Assembly: GCF_006345805.1 (NCBI RefSeq)
Contig: NC_043010.1
Coordinates: 59,334,001 to 59,398,000 of the forward strand
From: Octopus sinensis
Taxonomy: Eukaryota
Reading direction: 5' to 3'
DNA length: 64,000 nucleotides
Positions 25,470 through 38,919 of this stretch are shown piece after piece. The notes below the pieces were generated by a model. The model was not told the DNA's origin. It saw only the letters and a list, made by a program, of their open reading frames with translations, and ran no database searches. Positions within the stretch are counted from its first letter, which is position 1. Each line of letters begins with the position of its first letter. The position numbers and the translations under genes are program-made.

Positions 25470-25797
25470 AGAAAATTACTATTTGTAAATCTCACAACGT
25501 GAGGTATTCAGTGACTGGTTGTCACTTTGGAAACTATACATTTCGAACAGGAATTTGGCAGCATCACCTCTTGCCAAACAATTATTCTGTGCTGATGAAG
25601 GGAAATAACCCGGAAATCGTGATATGCAAATATTGTTTTGAGCTGAGTGGGTGTGCTAGATTCCCTTGTTCAAAAATATAAGGACACAGATCGGGTTGTA
25701 TAGCCAACTGGAGACAATGTCTCCTGGGGCTAAATTACAGCAACATTAGTCCTAAACCAGGACTGCCATGTTATGTTGGCAAACAATCTTTACTCCA
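25470..25797 (+). mobile_element. Penelope-like repeat with hammerhead-like motif (25577-25637)
   Basis: 25571-25797 is a close match to 47204-47430. 25470-25511 is the reverse complement of 47443-47483. Contains a CTGATGA...GAAA core. Confidence 0.6.
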
Positions 25798-26109
25798 GTA
25801 TAAGATCTGTTTTGGTTTATTTTTTCAGTGATATAATAAATATTTTTAAAAATTACCATTGTAAATTTTTTAATTATATTTTAGTCTCATAATTAGGACT
25901 TTTCATTTTCCCATTTTCATTTCATATATTAACATCTTCAAATATATTCTATTATTTCCAGTGTTTAAGTACATAAAAAAGAAATAAACCAAATTTAAAT
26001 TATATAACATTTGCATATTATCATTCCATACACACTTTTCCACAACACCATCTTCGTACTGACCCATGGCTTTCAAATCTGTACCAGACATCTAGCTTCT
26101 TTTATATCA

Positions 26110-27150
26110 AACCTAATGTTGTTTGTTGCTATCTCCCCCACTCCCCACACACTTTCGTTCAATATTTCCAGGCTTATCTGTTAGCTTTCATGATGCTATC
26201 TAATACTGCCGTACAGTTCTACTACCATGTCACTGTCCACCAAACTGGAACCTTGTTCCATTGACAGATTTGGTCTATAGCTCACAGCAAGCTGGCTAAT
26301 AGAGAATCTCTCTCAACCTCTGTAAGCTTCTCCTTTTCATCCTACATGTTGCTCAATATGTTTTTCAAACCTACAACTGATTTAGGAATCCTTCAATTTC
26401 CATACATTCATTTTCTACATTATCTTCATGCCTTTGAGCTGTTTAGTCCTTATCCTGAAATCAGGGCCAATCTGAGCTCTGGTGAGCCAAGGATACATGC
26501 ATGACTATCTACAGGGCTCCTCTCTTTAAAAACTGTTTTGTTCCACCTTGTTATATTTCTCATGAAGGCTCTTGTGAGGTCACTAATCCATGTTGCCTAT
26601 CCATCTTGTTTCCGGCTAAGCATCAAGTCATATGGCTTGCATTTTTACCTGGCAGGTGATCAGGTGGCAAGTAAGCTTCTTCATATTATTGTTGCAAATC
26701 ACTAAGTCATTTGCATTACAGAACCCCCTGAGCCTTGATTTTTCTATTGTTTGGGCAATATCCAAGCTTGGAAAGACTAAAGGAAGGGCAAGAGCAATAA
26801 GCAACGTCAGATGTCTATAAAAGAAGCTACTCATAATGATGGAAGCTGAAAGTAAGAAGTTTGCCCAGCAGAGGATGAGGAATGGGAAGTTTTTCTTGAT
26901 ATGTAAGCAATATGTTATTGCAAATTGATATGTTGTCGAGGGAGTGTATACAAAAGGATAGCAGTGCACTTGCTGTCAGCAACACTGCCAAAAAAAGAAG
27001 CTTGATGGAAATGTTACTATAAGAGGTTGCTGGTAAATTTGTGGGAGGGAGAGAGAGAGTAACCAGCCCAAGGGGACACAACCGAGGGAACTGCTATTCA
27101 GATAGACAGGTGTATATACAGTAAGGGTATCAGCCTCGTTAACAAGGTTG
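26110..27150 (-). mobile_element. Decayed LINE fragment (endonuclease-like region)
   Basis: GC-richer block with broken minus-strand ORFs. Family assignment is weak. Confidence 0.35.
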
Positions 27151-28306
27151 CTGCCATTCATTATTCTTTTCTACTCAAGGCACAAGGTCTGAAATTTTGG
27201 GGGAGGGGGCCAGTCGATTAGAGTGATCCCAGTACGCAACTGGTACTTAATTTATGGACCCCGAAAGAATGAAAGGCAAAGTCGACCTCAGCAGAATTTG
27301 AACTCAGAACATAAAGACAGACAAAATACTGCTAAGCATTTTGCCTGGTGTGCTAACGTTTCTGCCAGCTCACCACCTTGCTTCCTTTCATTATTGAGGC
27401 AGTGTGCATGAGTTCCTGGTTGAAATTATTCTTATGCTCATCTGTCAGCCCTGGTTAGCATACATTTGTGGAAATCACTGCTACTGTTCTGTTGCCTATG
27501 ATTAGGCTAAGACTAATTATTTTATCCGTTTTTCTACCAACAATGTACCTACTTAACCTACAAATGTACTATTAGTCTGTGAGAATAATTTTTATCTATA
27601 TTCTTTGGTTGTGAAGAAACTGACTGAGGTTCCCTTCCATCTCCCTTTCTGTACATTGGATATATCTGCTTCATCTCAGCTCTAGCATTTGATAGAATCC
27701 CTTCAGACCTGCCTGTCAAAGTTTTAATTGTAATTAGGAATTACTTTAATATCCTAACCTGAACTGCATGAAGCTATTTGAAAAATATTTGACAAACTTC
27801 AAGGAAACACATCCTTAAGTTGTAAATATATGAACCAGATACTAAAAACTAATCTATACAATCAAGACTGAACAAATGTTTATAGTTGTAAAATGATAAT
27901 TAATGCATATAGGTCTCATAATTTGCCAAAAATAGCTGCCATATATCCCTCAAATAACACTCACTGCCTTTAAAAAATTGAACGCCTATTTTAACCTAGA
28001 TAATCCTAGATATACAAAAGGAAGAGATGGTCATAATTGGAATGTTTGTCATCTTAGTTTTGCTCAGTTAAGGCAAAACAAGCTTTCTAAACAAAATATC
28101 TAAAAGCAGGATTAGTTCATATAATGTTCAAATTGATGAACCCCTATAAGTCTATTTACCTAAGGAACAGTTAATGTAAACCTTTTAGCAGACAGTTTTC
28201 TATAGAGTAAATAATCTCAAAGTTCAACATTTACATTTCTTTTTTTTTTGTTTTTTTGTGAAAGTGCAGTGTGTTATATTTTAACATGGTTTTGTTTTCG
28301 TTGCAG

Positions 28307-31300
28307 ATAATATTCTCAATTCGATCCCTTTCATCATTATCACTGCTGCAAGCAACATATTTCTGTCATTGGCCTTCTTAATACTCTTCTTACAAAAGTA
28401 TCATGCTACAGACTTTATCTATAAAGCTGAAGAAGAAGAAAGAAGACTTGGAACTTATGCAGCAGACACAGATGCCAACTCAAAACTCTTGGATATCAAA
28501 TCTTCAGAACAACTATTAATAACATGTAATCAACCAAAACATAATTTTACTCCACTTTCTTACGAGCGAAGGAATGACACAAAATTCAAAAACCTTATGC
28601 AGAGTCATTTTGTATATATAATAAAGAATGTTCTAGAAATATTAAATTTATTGTGCACAAAGCCAAACCTTTTACAGAAACACTTAATTTCAAAGTTATT
28701 CTACAAGACATTCACGACCATCAGCCTGAGTTCTCTGTTAAGAAAGTCAGCATTTAGTTTTTAGAAAGTGATGGCGAGAGACTTCAGTTATCAATACCAA
28801 ACACCATAGTTAAGGATGTGGAGATGCAAAAGTCATTTATTACAAACATTTTTTTAAAAAATCAAAACAAAGTATTTTCTTTGTCAATTTCTAAAAGAAC
28901 AGATGACAAATCATTTGTCAAGAATTGCCTTTGAAAAACCAGTAGATAATGAAATAAGAGACAGTTATGATACCTGAATGAATCGTAGCTAAAGATGGAG
29001 GAGCTGCTCCTCAAGAAAGTTCGTTAGATGCTGTAATCACACTAAAGGACAATATTCCTGTGTTCACAAAATTTCTTTATAATATTTCAATCAGAGCAGA
29101 TTAAGACAAAAAAGAAACCTGTTTTATGAGAGACAGATACTAATCCCAGAGAAAATGGTAAAGTTACATATCATTTCAGCCCCAATGCTCCCAGCCAAGC
29201 AAAGGGATATTTGGATCTAAATAGAAACAGTGGAGAAATATTTTCAACTAATTAATGAAAATCAGATGGAAAGACAACTTATGAACTGTTTATAGAGGCC
29301 AGAGATGGAGATAAGCCACCTCTCAGTTCTATAACCACAGTTTCAGTAAATGTTATCAACCAACACAACAATCCTCCATCTATTGATATTGATTATGTTT
29401 CTGCAATCAATGACAACACAGCTACCATTTCTGAAAACATCAAAGTCGGTAGTTTCATTGCTTATGTGATGGTCACTGACAATGATGTCGGACAAAATGG
29501 AGAGGTCAGCTGTGATATCAAACATGATACATTCAAACTACAGTCAATGGGATCTAAAGAATATAAAATCATTCTAAACAAACCAGTGGACAGAGAAACA
29601 CAAGGACACTATAACATTCCTGTCTCCTGTCAAGATAAAGGATTACCTCCTCTCAAAAGTGTTAAAAGCCTCTCTATCCAAGTGACTGACATCAACGATG
29701 TACAACCACAGTTTACCAAAGATACATTCCAATTCCTCACCTACGAAAACAAAGATAAAGACTTCCCTATTGGTTTTGTCAATGCCACTGACCCTGATCT
29801 TGGATCTGCTGGACAACTCACATATTCTCTGCTGCGTAAAGAAAAATCCAATCTCCCATTTCTCATCACCAGTTATGGCTTCATTTCAGCGACCATGTCA
29901 TTGGACAGAGAGAAACAAGATGTGTATAAGTTTGAGGTTTTTGTCAAAGATAATGGAAGCCCATCTCTGAATGACACAGCGAATGTTGTTGTTGAGATTC
30001 TAGATCAAAATGACAATGCTCCGTATTTTACATATCCTAGTAGTGACCCTTACACGCTAAATGTGCAGTACCATCCGCAGAGTAAGAGTGACATCACAGT
30101 TTTGAGAGCCTCTGATGGGGACAGTGGAAACAATGCTTTCCTCAGATATGCAATCATACAAGGAAATGATAAACAGTTGTTTAGTATGAACTCACACAGT
30201 GGTGCTTTATCCTTCTCCAGACAAGTTTATCTAAATGATGCTGGAAGTTATGAGCTGGTGTTTGTTGTGAAGGACAGTGGTAGTCCAGTTCAGTTGTCAA
30301 CAACTAGTGTCACTTTGGCTGTTAGTAACGAGACATCACCAATGTCGAAAAGTGGAACTTTACAATCTTCAGGTCGGGTCCATATGACATGGGTTATTAT
30401 CATTGTATCATCAGCAGTAATAATATCAGTGGCTATTGTTGTTTCTATAACGCTGTGTATTATGAAATGTATTAAACACAGAGATAACACAGCTGCTGCC
30501 ACAAAGAATACAGCCTACCAAGGTAGAGCAGAGATGAAACAATTGTTGTACCAGACTAACACTTCTGTTGCTATGTCGAGGAATGCAGAGATGGTGAAGC
30601 GGAATATCTATTCTGAGAGATCTAAGAGTGAATGTTATGCAGAAGGTCAGCTACAGAACAAATATAAAGTTCAAAGCAGAACTCTTCCCAAACCTTTATT
30701 GGTAAGAACCGTTTCTTGACAGTAACTTTTAAATTGATACAAAATTTTTAAAATTTATTTTTACAAACATATTTGACTAAAATTTTTCTCCAATTTCCTT
30801 TGATTAGAATTGATAATTTTCCTTACTAATCATTTGCTATATTTTTAAACAGAAGTGCAGCCGACCAGTTTTAGTAAACTCTAATGATGATGCTGTAGAA
30901 GATTATTCAGCTTTGGCTTCTGATACCCCATCTGATTCACTCTCTACTCAATAGGGCCAATACCCAAGGGTGGGAAATTTCAACTTCATAGAGAAATACT
31001 CGAAATTTCAAGTAAGTAATTTAATAATGCCCTTGTAAATATCTATCATCATCGTGATTGTTACATATTTCCGTTTCCATGCAGACATAAGCTGACTGGG
31101 TGTTCCATGGTTAAATACCCTTTTTTAACACCAACTACTTTACAGAGTGTACAAAAAGGCATTTTCTCTTGGCACCAGCACTAGGGAAGTGTGGGATCCT
31201 CTGATCCCACACTTAACAGATTGCATTTTATTAATGCCACCAGCACAAGAGGGTAAAAGACACATTGACAACTCAAATGGACAGTAACAGGTTCAAATGA

Positions 31301-31850
31301 AGTCAACATGAAATACTATCAGGAAATAACTGAGAAGTGAGTTTGGTGGGCAGTTTTTGTTTTTTTTTTAACGACAGGTTGGATTTAATGTTACTAATTA
31401 GCTGTTGTGATAATAATTTAATATCATATTTTTATTAATGTTTTAACTTAATTCAAATCTCATCTTACTACTTCGTTTTTTGGATTTGGTTTGCAAGATT
31501 CTTTATATGAGTTCGTATGTTGAAGCATATTCTGTTGTGTCTATGTAAGGCACAAAAAGGAAATGACTCTCCCCAGACACAACAGAACATCTTACAACTG
31601 TTTAGCTATTTTCAAATAACATCATGTATTTTATATGAAAAGCAAAATTTCCAATAGTTTTTTTTTGTTAAATGTATTGTTATTTTATTACTGGAACTAT
31701 TCAGACTTTGTATTTCAATAAAATTTTAATTTGATTTGAAATTTACGCTTTACAACATTTCATTGGTTCATTTCAGGGACTGGAACCTACATTAAGCAGC
31801 AGCCTTGAATAAGAGTCACCACCAAAAGACAGACTTGAAACATGTAGCAA
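28307..31850 (+). pseudogene. Pcdh: Protocadherin unit D pseudogene
   Basis: Probable start codon reads ATA at 28357. EC1-EC3 remnants (GTYAADTDANSKLLD) carry frameshifts and stops (TAA TGA at 29253-29258). Open EC4-tail frame 29259-30701, donor at 30702. Exon 2 from 30853 has TAG at 30952. Decayed terminal exon from 31777. Confidence 0.92.
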
Positions 31851-33242
31851 TCATGAAAACAAATCTGCCCCCAGTCTATTAATTAACATGTAGATAACAT
31901 AATGGAAATTTTGTTGCATAATATTTGAGTGGAACTTTAATTTCAAAACCATGACAAGTCAAACAATGTAAATATTTCACGTCTGCTACAATTTACCCAT
32001 ATCCTAGGCATAACAAAGAACAAAAATAGCTTTAAAGATTGCTACTTTCAAAAACACAACCTTTTATATCTTGAGGCTTATTGTTTTATTTTCCGTTATC
32101 TCAGTATTCCTTTGCACTGAGTTATGTTTTCTTGAAACTGTTTTTATCTCAATAAGAACTATCGTTGAAGAGGACTCTTTACAAGCTTTCTTTATCAAGT
32201 TTTCCCTTTGAGAAAAGGGGAAACTAAAATTATTTGTATTTATTGATATTGTGACATTAATTCCCCAACTCCAAAAAAAGAGAAACTATGTCTATTTTGT
32301 TGGGGGTATACTTGTATTTGTAAATGTTTATATGTATGTGCTCTCTTAAAAAAGAAGCTGAACTCAAACTTCTCAAACTAAATGTTTTAATAAGCTACCA
32401 GGGTAAATTTAGTTGTAATAAAACTTATTTTTGACATGGTTCATTAAGTTCTTGCTACTTCAGAAATATTTCTGTGAAAAAAAAAATAATGTTCATACAT
32501 AGATAACATTTTTAAAGAATGATATTTTTTTTAGAAAAAAGTATCAGAATACAAGGAAAGTATTCTTGATACAGCAAATTTAAATATTTGTCTACCATTC
32601 ACATTCTATTTGTTGGAGCTTTCTTATAAATAAGAAGTTTTTAACTGGCCCCGGTACACACTTATGTCATCAACCAGCAGAAAAATGGAAAGCAAATTTT
32701 GATCCAGTGAGATCTTGTAATGGATATAAAGGATTGTAATAAAATAACATAATTTATTTAATTCACCCTATATACATACATACATACATACACACACACC
32801 TCCTTATATCAGAAAACACTCATTTGGTAATATTTCACAAAAACAATTTATATCTTAGTAATTACATGTCAAATACATAATCACATTTAAAATGCAAGGT
32901 CCAGAGTAAGAGAAGGTGACACGCAAATATTAGCATCAAATAACTGATTTAAATTTCTGTTGCACCAACAAAATACCATTGATACTGGATAATGGAATGG
33001 TTAAGCTCATTTATTGAAAATTCCGATCGACGTGAATATATAATTTGAGGTAAGTTTCATTTCAGCATTCTATTAACTATTAATGGATAAACATATTCTT
33101 TAAAATATTTTATCTGTATCTTGTTATAAATGTTTTAATATCATTTCTGAGTCATATATATTTAATTGCTTTATGTTCACACTGATAAAGACTGGGGTTG
33201 AGATTTTTATGTTATTCAAATTTATTATCTGCTTATGAATTA

Positions 33243-33420
33243 TTGCAGCATGGAAGGTGTTTATAAGCCATTTAAAAAATCTGCAGCATGGAATTTTGTC
33301 AGTGAACAGGTCAGTCTCAAAGTAACAAAACTATTTTGGCAAATTAAATTTAAATGTTGAAGTGAATCTAATGGTTTCTGTATGTTCTTAAATGGCTTAT
33401 AAACACCTTCCACGCTGCAA
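33243..33420. repeat. Inverted repeat, 33-bp arms (32/33), 112-bp spacer
   Basis: TTGCAGCATGGAAGGTGTTTATAAGCCATTTAA at 33243-33275 and its reverse complement at 33388-33420. Confidence 0.85.
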
Positions 33421-33614
33421 TTGTTTTTGTTTCAGCACACAATCTCAGATCAGGTCACTTGCTATGCAAGTACATCTTTGTAATTATGAATTATTTTCTT
33501 GGTGAAATAACTTCTTGAGGATTGTAATGTTGAATTGAAAATTTAGTTAGACTTCTTTTTATGTTCACAGGAGTAAAGATTAGAAATCACAGAAATAGAG
33601 CCATTCTTTTATAC

Positions 33615-34007
33615 CTTTACTTGTTTCAGTCATTTGACTGTGGCCATGCCAGAGCACTGCCTTTAGTCAAACAAAATGACCCCAGGACTTATTCTTTGTA
33701 AGCCTAGTACTTATTCTATCAGTCTCTTTTGCCAAATGTTAAGTTATGGGAATGTAAACACACCAGCATCAGTTGTCAAGCGATGTTGGGAGGGAGGACA
33801 AACATAAACACACACATACATGTACATATATACATATATATATATATACACTACAGGTGTCTTTCAGTTTCTGTCTACCAAATCCACTCAAGGCTTTATT
33901 TGGCCTGAGGTTATAGTAGAAGACACTTGCCCAAGGTGCCACGCAGTGGGACTGAACTGGGAACCATGTGGTTGGTAAGCAAGCTACTTACCACACAGCT
34001 ACTCCTG
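33615..34007 (-). mobile_element. tRNA-derived SINE, family 1
   Basis: Colinear with 585-976 and 41286-41660. Confidence 0.8.
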
Positions 34008-34962
34008 AAAAACAATTATTACTAAGTGGAATATAAAGATTTTACAATTAAATTCCATACACTACTATAAAATACTTCTCAAAAATTTGCATAAATTTCC
34101 ACATTATTAAATATTTCATTGTGACAATCAGCAAAATAATTAACTATGAGCTTATACTCTGATCAAGTAATTAGAAAATATGTATGTATTAAATTATATA
34201 CTTTAATTATTCTTAAGTTACAAACAAATATATAAATAAATCTTATGACTCTATACCTCCCAAAATCTAAATAATAGAGGAAAAAAAGGTAATCACTTAT
34301 GTATTCTCTGATGAAACTGCTGTTAGGAGCCTTTTCACAGTAATGATAATAATATGAGCCAACAAGGGAGCCACCAGATAACTGCTCAATTTGCTGGAAA
34401 TCATAGCTTCAAATCGTACTCTATCACCTTAAAAAAGGAAAGGATACATGAGATAATGTACTCTTAGATACATCTGAGAAGATGAGACAGTCATGGTTAG
34501 ACTGCCTTAGATTATATTCCTACTCAATCAGAGTGAGCCTGAAGCTAAGCAGCAACAACAACAACAACAAAATAGAATGTGTTTTTCTCCTGTAAATAAA
34601 GGGTTTATGATAAACATAATAGAGGAAAAGGGACAGCATATTTACGTTGGGAATAATGAATAGCAAACACTCATTGCTTGTAAACAGAAAGCAAATTAAT
34701 ATGAACAGCAAGCACTGGTTGGATTAATTAGCTTCTGAAAGATTGTAATTTCGTGGCTTTTTAAATATTTTCTGCCTATATTAAAAAAGTTTATCTGTGA
34801 AGTGTTTCAATATTTCTGTAGTATTTAATTTAATTCAATATAAATCTAAAAAGAAAAAATTTTATAGTTCAATAGAAATATCTTTGTTATTTTTCTTTTC
34901 AAGTATTAAACAAGATTACCAATATAAAGAAACATTTAGCATTGTAGTCATTCTCTCCTCCA

Positions 34963-35003
<41 letters not shown>

Positions 35004-36299
35004 ACACACACAAATAAGGAAATAAACATGCTATGAGAAATTACTTTGAAAAGAAAATGGTTATAGTTACTTGTGTTTCTAAACTGGTACCAATTGCTAT
35101 AATAAGGTCCCAAAATATATTTTATGCCGGTGTTTGTCTCTATGACAAGCTATCACAAAAAAATTTGTAACCAATCTGGTGATGTGGTTCCATAAAACTG
35201 GTTGGTAATTCTGTGTCAGGTTGCAAATCAGCAAATGAATGACGGTTAATGAGTAAAGTCCATTTATTCCTTGATTGGTGCTAGAAACCAGTGACCCACA
35301 TGATAGATGGCAGGGTATAACTACTGAGCTTCAAATACTAATAGTGTAGTAATATTTGATGATACAAACTTCTGTAACTTGACTTTCCACTCTGGCTATA
35401 TTTTATGAGCCAGATATAAACAGTAAAGAAACTCATAAACAGATGCATTGTTAAAACTTAACATCACAAAGGAATTACTTGATGATCCTCAGAAAATGGC
35501 AAAAACAAAATTTCATTTCCACTTCCTCTTTTATGTCTTACTATTCTAAGAAATATTATTTTTGTCCACTCTAAAGTTTTATCTGAAATAAAGAAACACT
35601 GATATTAATCTAATTTTTATGACAATATTTGAAAATTTTAATTTAAAATATTTCTGAAGAAATTACTGTTCTATAATTGCACATTATTAAAAAAACACAC
35701 TGGTTTCTCTGCTTTAGCTTAATTATTATTAGTTATTGAGGGGTTTTTTGTTGTACAGCTAATACTATATGGTCACTTACACTCTACTGCTAAAATAAAA
35801 TCTATGATTGAGACAAACAACTAAGTATTTCTTCAGTTATGTGCAGATCCTTCTATACAAACAAACTTGAGCTCAGATGTTGAAGGGTCTGGGCTGCAGA
35901 TATTGGTAGCTAAATAGTTATTATAAAACATAATGAGAAGTAGGAAAAAATGTTTGAATGGACTGGATCTCTTGACATAAACTTCTTTGTCATTCAACAC
36001 ACAAAGCATGTTGACAAAAGAAACACAAAACAATAAGGTCTTTCCTGCCTCCCGAAGCCCCTTCTAACAAAGAAAGAAAGCTGAAGTATCAGGAAGGCAG
36101 TAACAAACATAAATACAGCAGCAGGCAGACAGCCATGCTATATATTCACATCAATCCTCTGTAACACACTCTGCCATAACAACAGTACAACTGAGGAGTC
36201 ACACAAAACAGTACAATTAGATTTTTTCAATCCTCTTCTTCTAACCAGGTGGAATTAATTTTGTTACAAAAGTTCACATTTTGTCATTTTATTATTTAT

Positions 36300-36429
<130 letters not shown>

Positions 36430-37000
36430 TTGGGAAACATTTTGGGTGTGTGTGTGTGTGTGTGCAGATCTGATTAGGATTGGGTATTTTTTTAGGTGGT
36501 GGTAGTGTTCCTATAGAAAGCAAGAAGCTTTAAGCAACTGGGAAGGAAAATGAATGGAGTGTATACTATGTGTTGATAGAGCTGAGAGGGGGAGGAGAAC
36601 AAGTGTTAGCTGTACTCTGTATTGGATACAAAGCAGTGAAATCTTTATTGTTCTCTTGTATTTGCTACCTTGCAGTTTCACCAGAAGAAACATTCTTAGG
36701 GATCAATATGGAATTATTTATTACTCATTTATAATTTTATTTAATATTTAGCATTCTTATTTTATTTCCCTCTGATTATAAAAAGATGCTTTGTTCAAAG
36801 TAATTTTTATGATAATTAAAGGTTTAATGTAAATTATACATACAGAGTAAAATGTAACAGAAATATACTGAATGTTACTTCATATTTTCAGCAGACTAAC
36901 AATAAAATAAACATTGAAAGCGTACAGTTCTATTTTTAAGAGATGAGGAATTATGTACATTATTTACATTTGACAGATATTTGTCGTCATCTTGCCCACA

Positions 37001-37077
37001 GGCATATGGCATAGTGGTTAAGAGTGCGGGCTACTAACCCCAAGATTCCCAGTTCGATTCCAGGCAGTGACCTGAAC

Positions 37078-37109
<32 letters not shown>

Positions 37110-37205
37110 CAACATTGAAAAATACCTTAGGAATGAGAACCAAGTTCGAAATTTCCCCAAGACACCTGATGAAGGCTGGAGGGTATATCAGCCGAAATGT
37201 GTTAA
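37001..37205 (+). mobile_element. tRNA-headed SINE with (AAT)n linker and hammerhead-like tail
   Basis: A box TGGCATAGTGG at 37007-37017, anticodon-like arm, B box GTTCGATTCC at ~37052. Tail GACAC-CTGATGA-A-GGCTG...CAGCC-GAAA-T-GTGTT at 37161-37203. Confidence 0.7.
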
Positions 37206-38919
37206 CAAACTTTATAATTATCTCAGTAAATAGTTTGTATTTTGGTAATAGCCAAAAAGGAAACTGCACAACTCAAACAATGTCTTAAATTGTTTTGATC
37301 TTTGTTGACTGAGAATTATAAATACCCCATGACTTCAAAATCTTCCTTGTAATGTTGTTTTAAAAGTAACAAAACTGTTGTATAAATTTGTTAATTTTGT
37401 TCCAATAAATGAATTTTATTTGAAAGTTACTGAAAATGAAATTCAATGAATTAAAAAAAATGTAGTTTTACATAAATAAAAAAACAAACATAGATACAGA
37501 AAATAAATTTTTTAAAGTTATTGTAATTATTAATTTTACTTATTGTCATTATTTTTTACACTTAAATCTAAAAAAATGTCAGTTACTATTTCTTAAAATG
37601 TTGGATCCAATAGCTTTATTATTTATGCCATGGTCAGTAATTAAGGCTGTTGAACAGAGTGGACAGGTCAGCCTTGATATCAATTTCAGTTGCAAGAAAG
37701 TGGTTTGAAAATCCATAAAAGGAAAATTTTGGCATTAAAATCCCTTTCACTGACAGATACATAATCCTTTACAGGACCCTAATGATGTACAACTGCAGCT
37801 TATCAAAAATATGTGTGATTGTATGTGTAAACAAAACATTTATAACTGTACTCAGTCAGGGCTAACGTTGAACTAGTAACAATAATTAGAAAATATTAAT
37901 GACTAGTGTTGTTTTTTGAAGTTCTATAGATTATAAAATGTATTATATGTAAAAGTGATTCAACTGAAAGGAAAAAAAAATGCCTCCATTCCATTCTAGA
38001 AGAGAAATGAACCAATTGTTTTACCAGACATGATACAGTCAATATATCAAGCAGTTCAAAGAAAGTTGAAATTTTCACTCTAAATTGTCCAGGTACAAAC
38101 AAATATTGAACCTTTTTCCAAAGAAAAATACCTTTCCTAATTATTACAGGTGAATAATTTTGTGTTCATTTTATATAAATGTATGGGCATGCCATGTATG
38201 TATGTTCTCGACAGAGTTTGAATAAATGTAATATTTCTAGTGTGTTTTTAGCTCTGCTGTTCATAAATATTGAAATTGCAAAAGGAGTTGGGAGAGTTGT
38301 GGGGTTTAATTAGAGGCAAGAGAAAGTAATCTAAAAGTTGAGGGGGAAGAAAGCGAAAAAGACAACTGAACATAATGGGGACATTCTATTTGAAGGCTAA
38401 TCAGGGGAAGCTTTGTCAAAGTATATTGTGAAAGAATGAGGCTTCTAGTAGTTTTGTTTATCCTCCATTCAGCTTAAATTGAGTAGACCCATGATGAAAG
38501 ACATTCAATCTTACATGATTGGTGGGCAGCTTTTGCAGGGGATTCTCTTTCCAAATTTGTACAACAGTTTTGCTTTTGTCAAGGGCAACAACTAGTCTAT
38601 GAGTGTTAGATTACAACCAGAATTCACAGTCAGCAAGAAGAGTTATAAAGATGATCCAAAGAAATGTGAGTGAGACTTATGCATTCACAATATACTGTTG
38701 AAATTATTTAAAGTCAGTAGTTCTTGAGAAATAGAGACAAACTGAGACAAACAAAAAGTACAGAGGATCAAGTGTGGGTTGGAACAGAGAAAAGCAGGTA
38801 CAGTAAATCATTATCAAATATATAGAATTAACAAGAATTGTGAAGTAAAAGTTAGGTTTATGAGTAATTTAAGAAGTAAAAATTCAAAATTTGAAGGACA
38901 GAAAGAAATATTACCAAAG

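Noticed and set aside
31511-31587. 13-bp inverted repeat TTCTGTTGTGTCT / AGACACAACAGAA
   Set aside because: It is short and probably an internal inversion of a repeat fragment in a pseudogene intron.
37001-37075. Possible tRNA gene
   Set aside because: The acceptor and T stems pair poorly and the sequence continues into (AAT)n and a repeat tail, so it is better explained as a SINE head.
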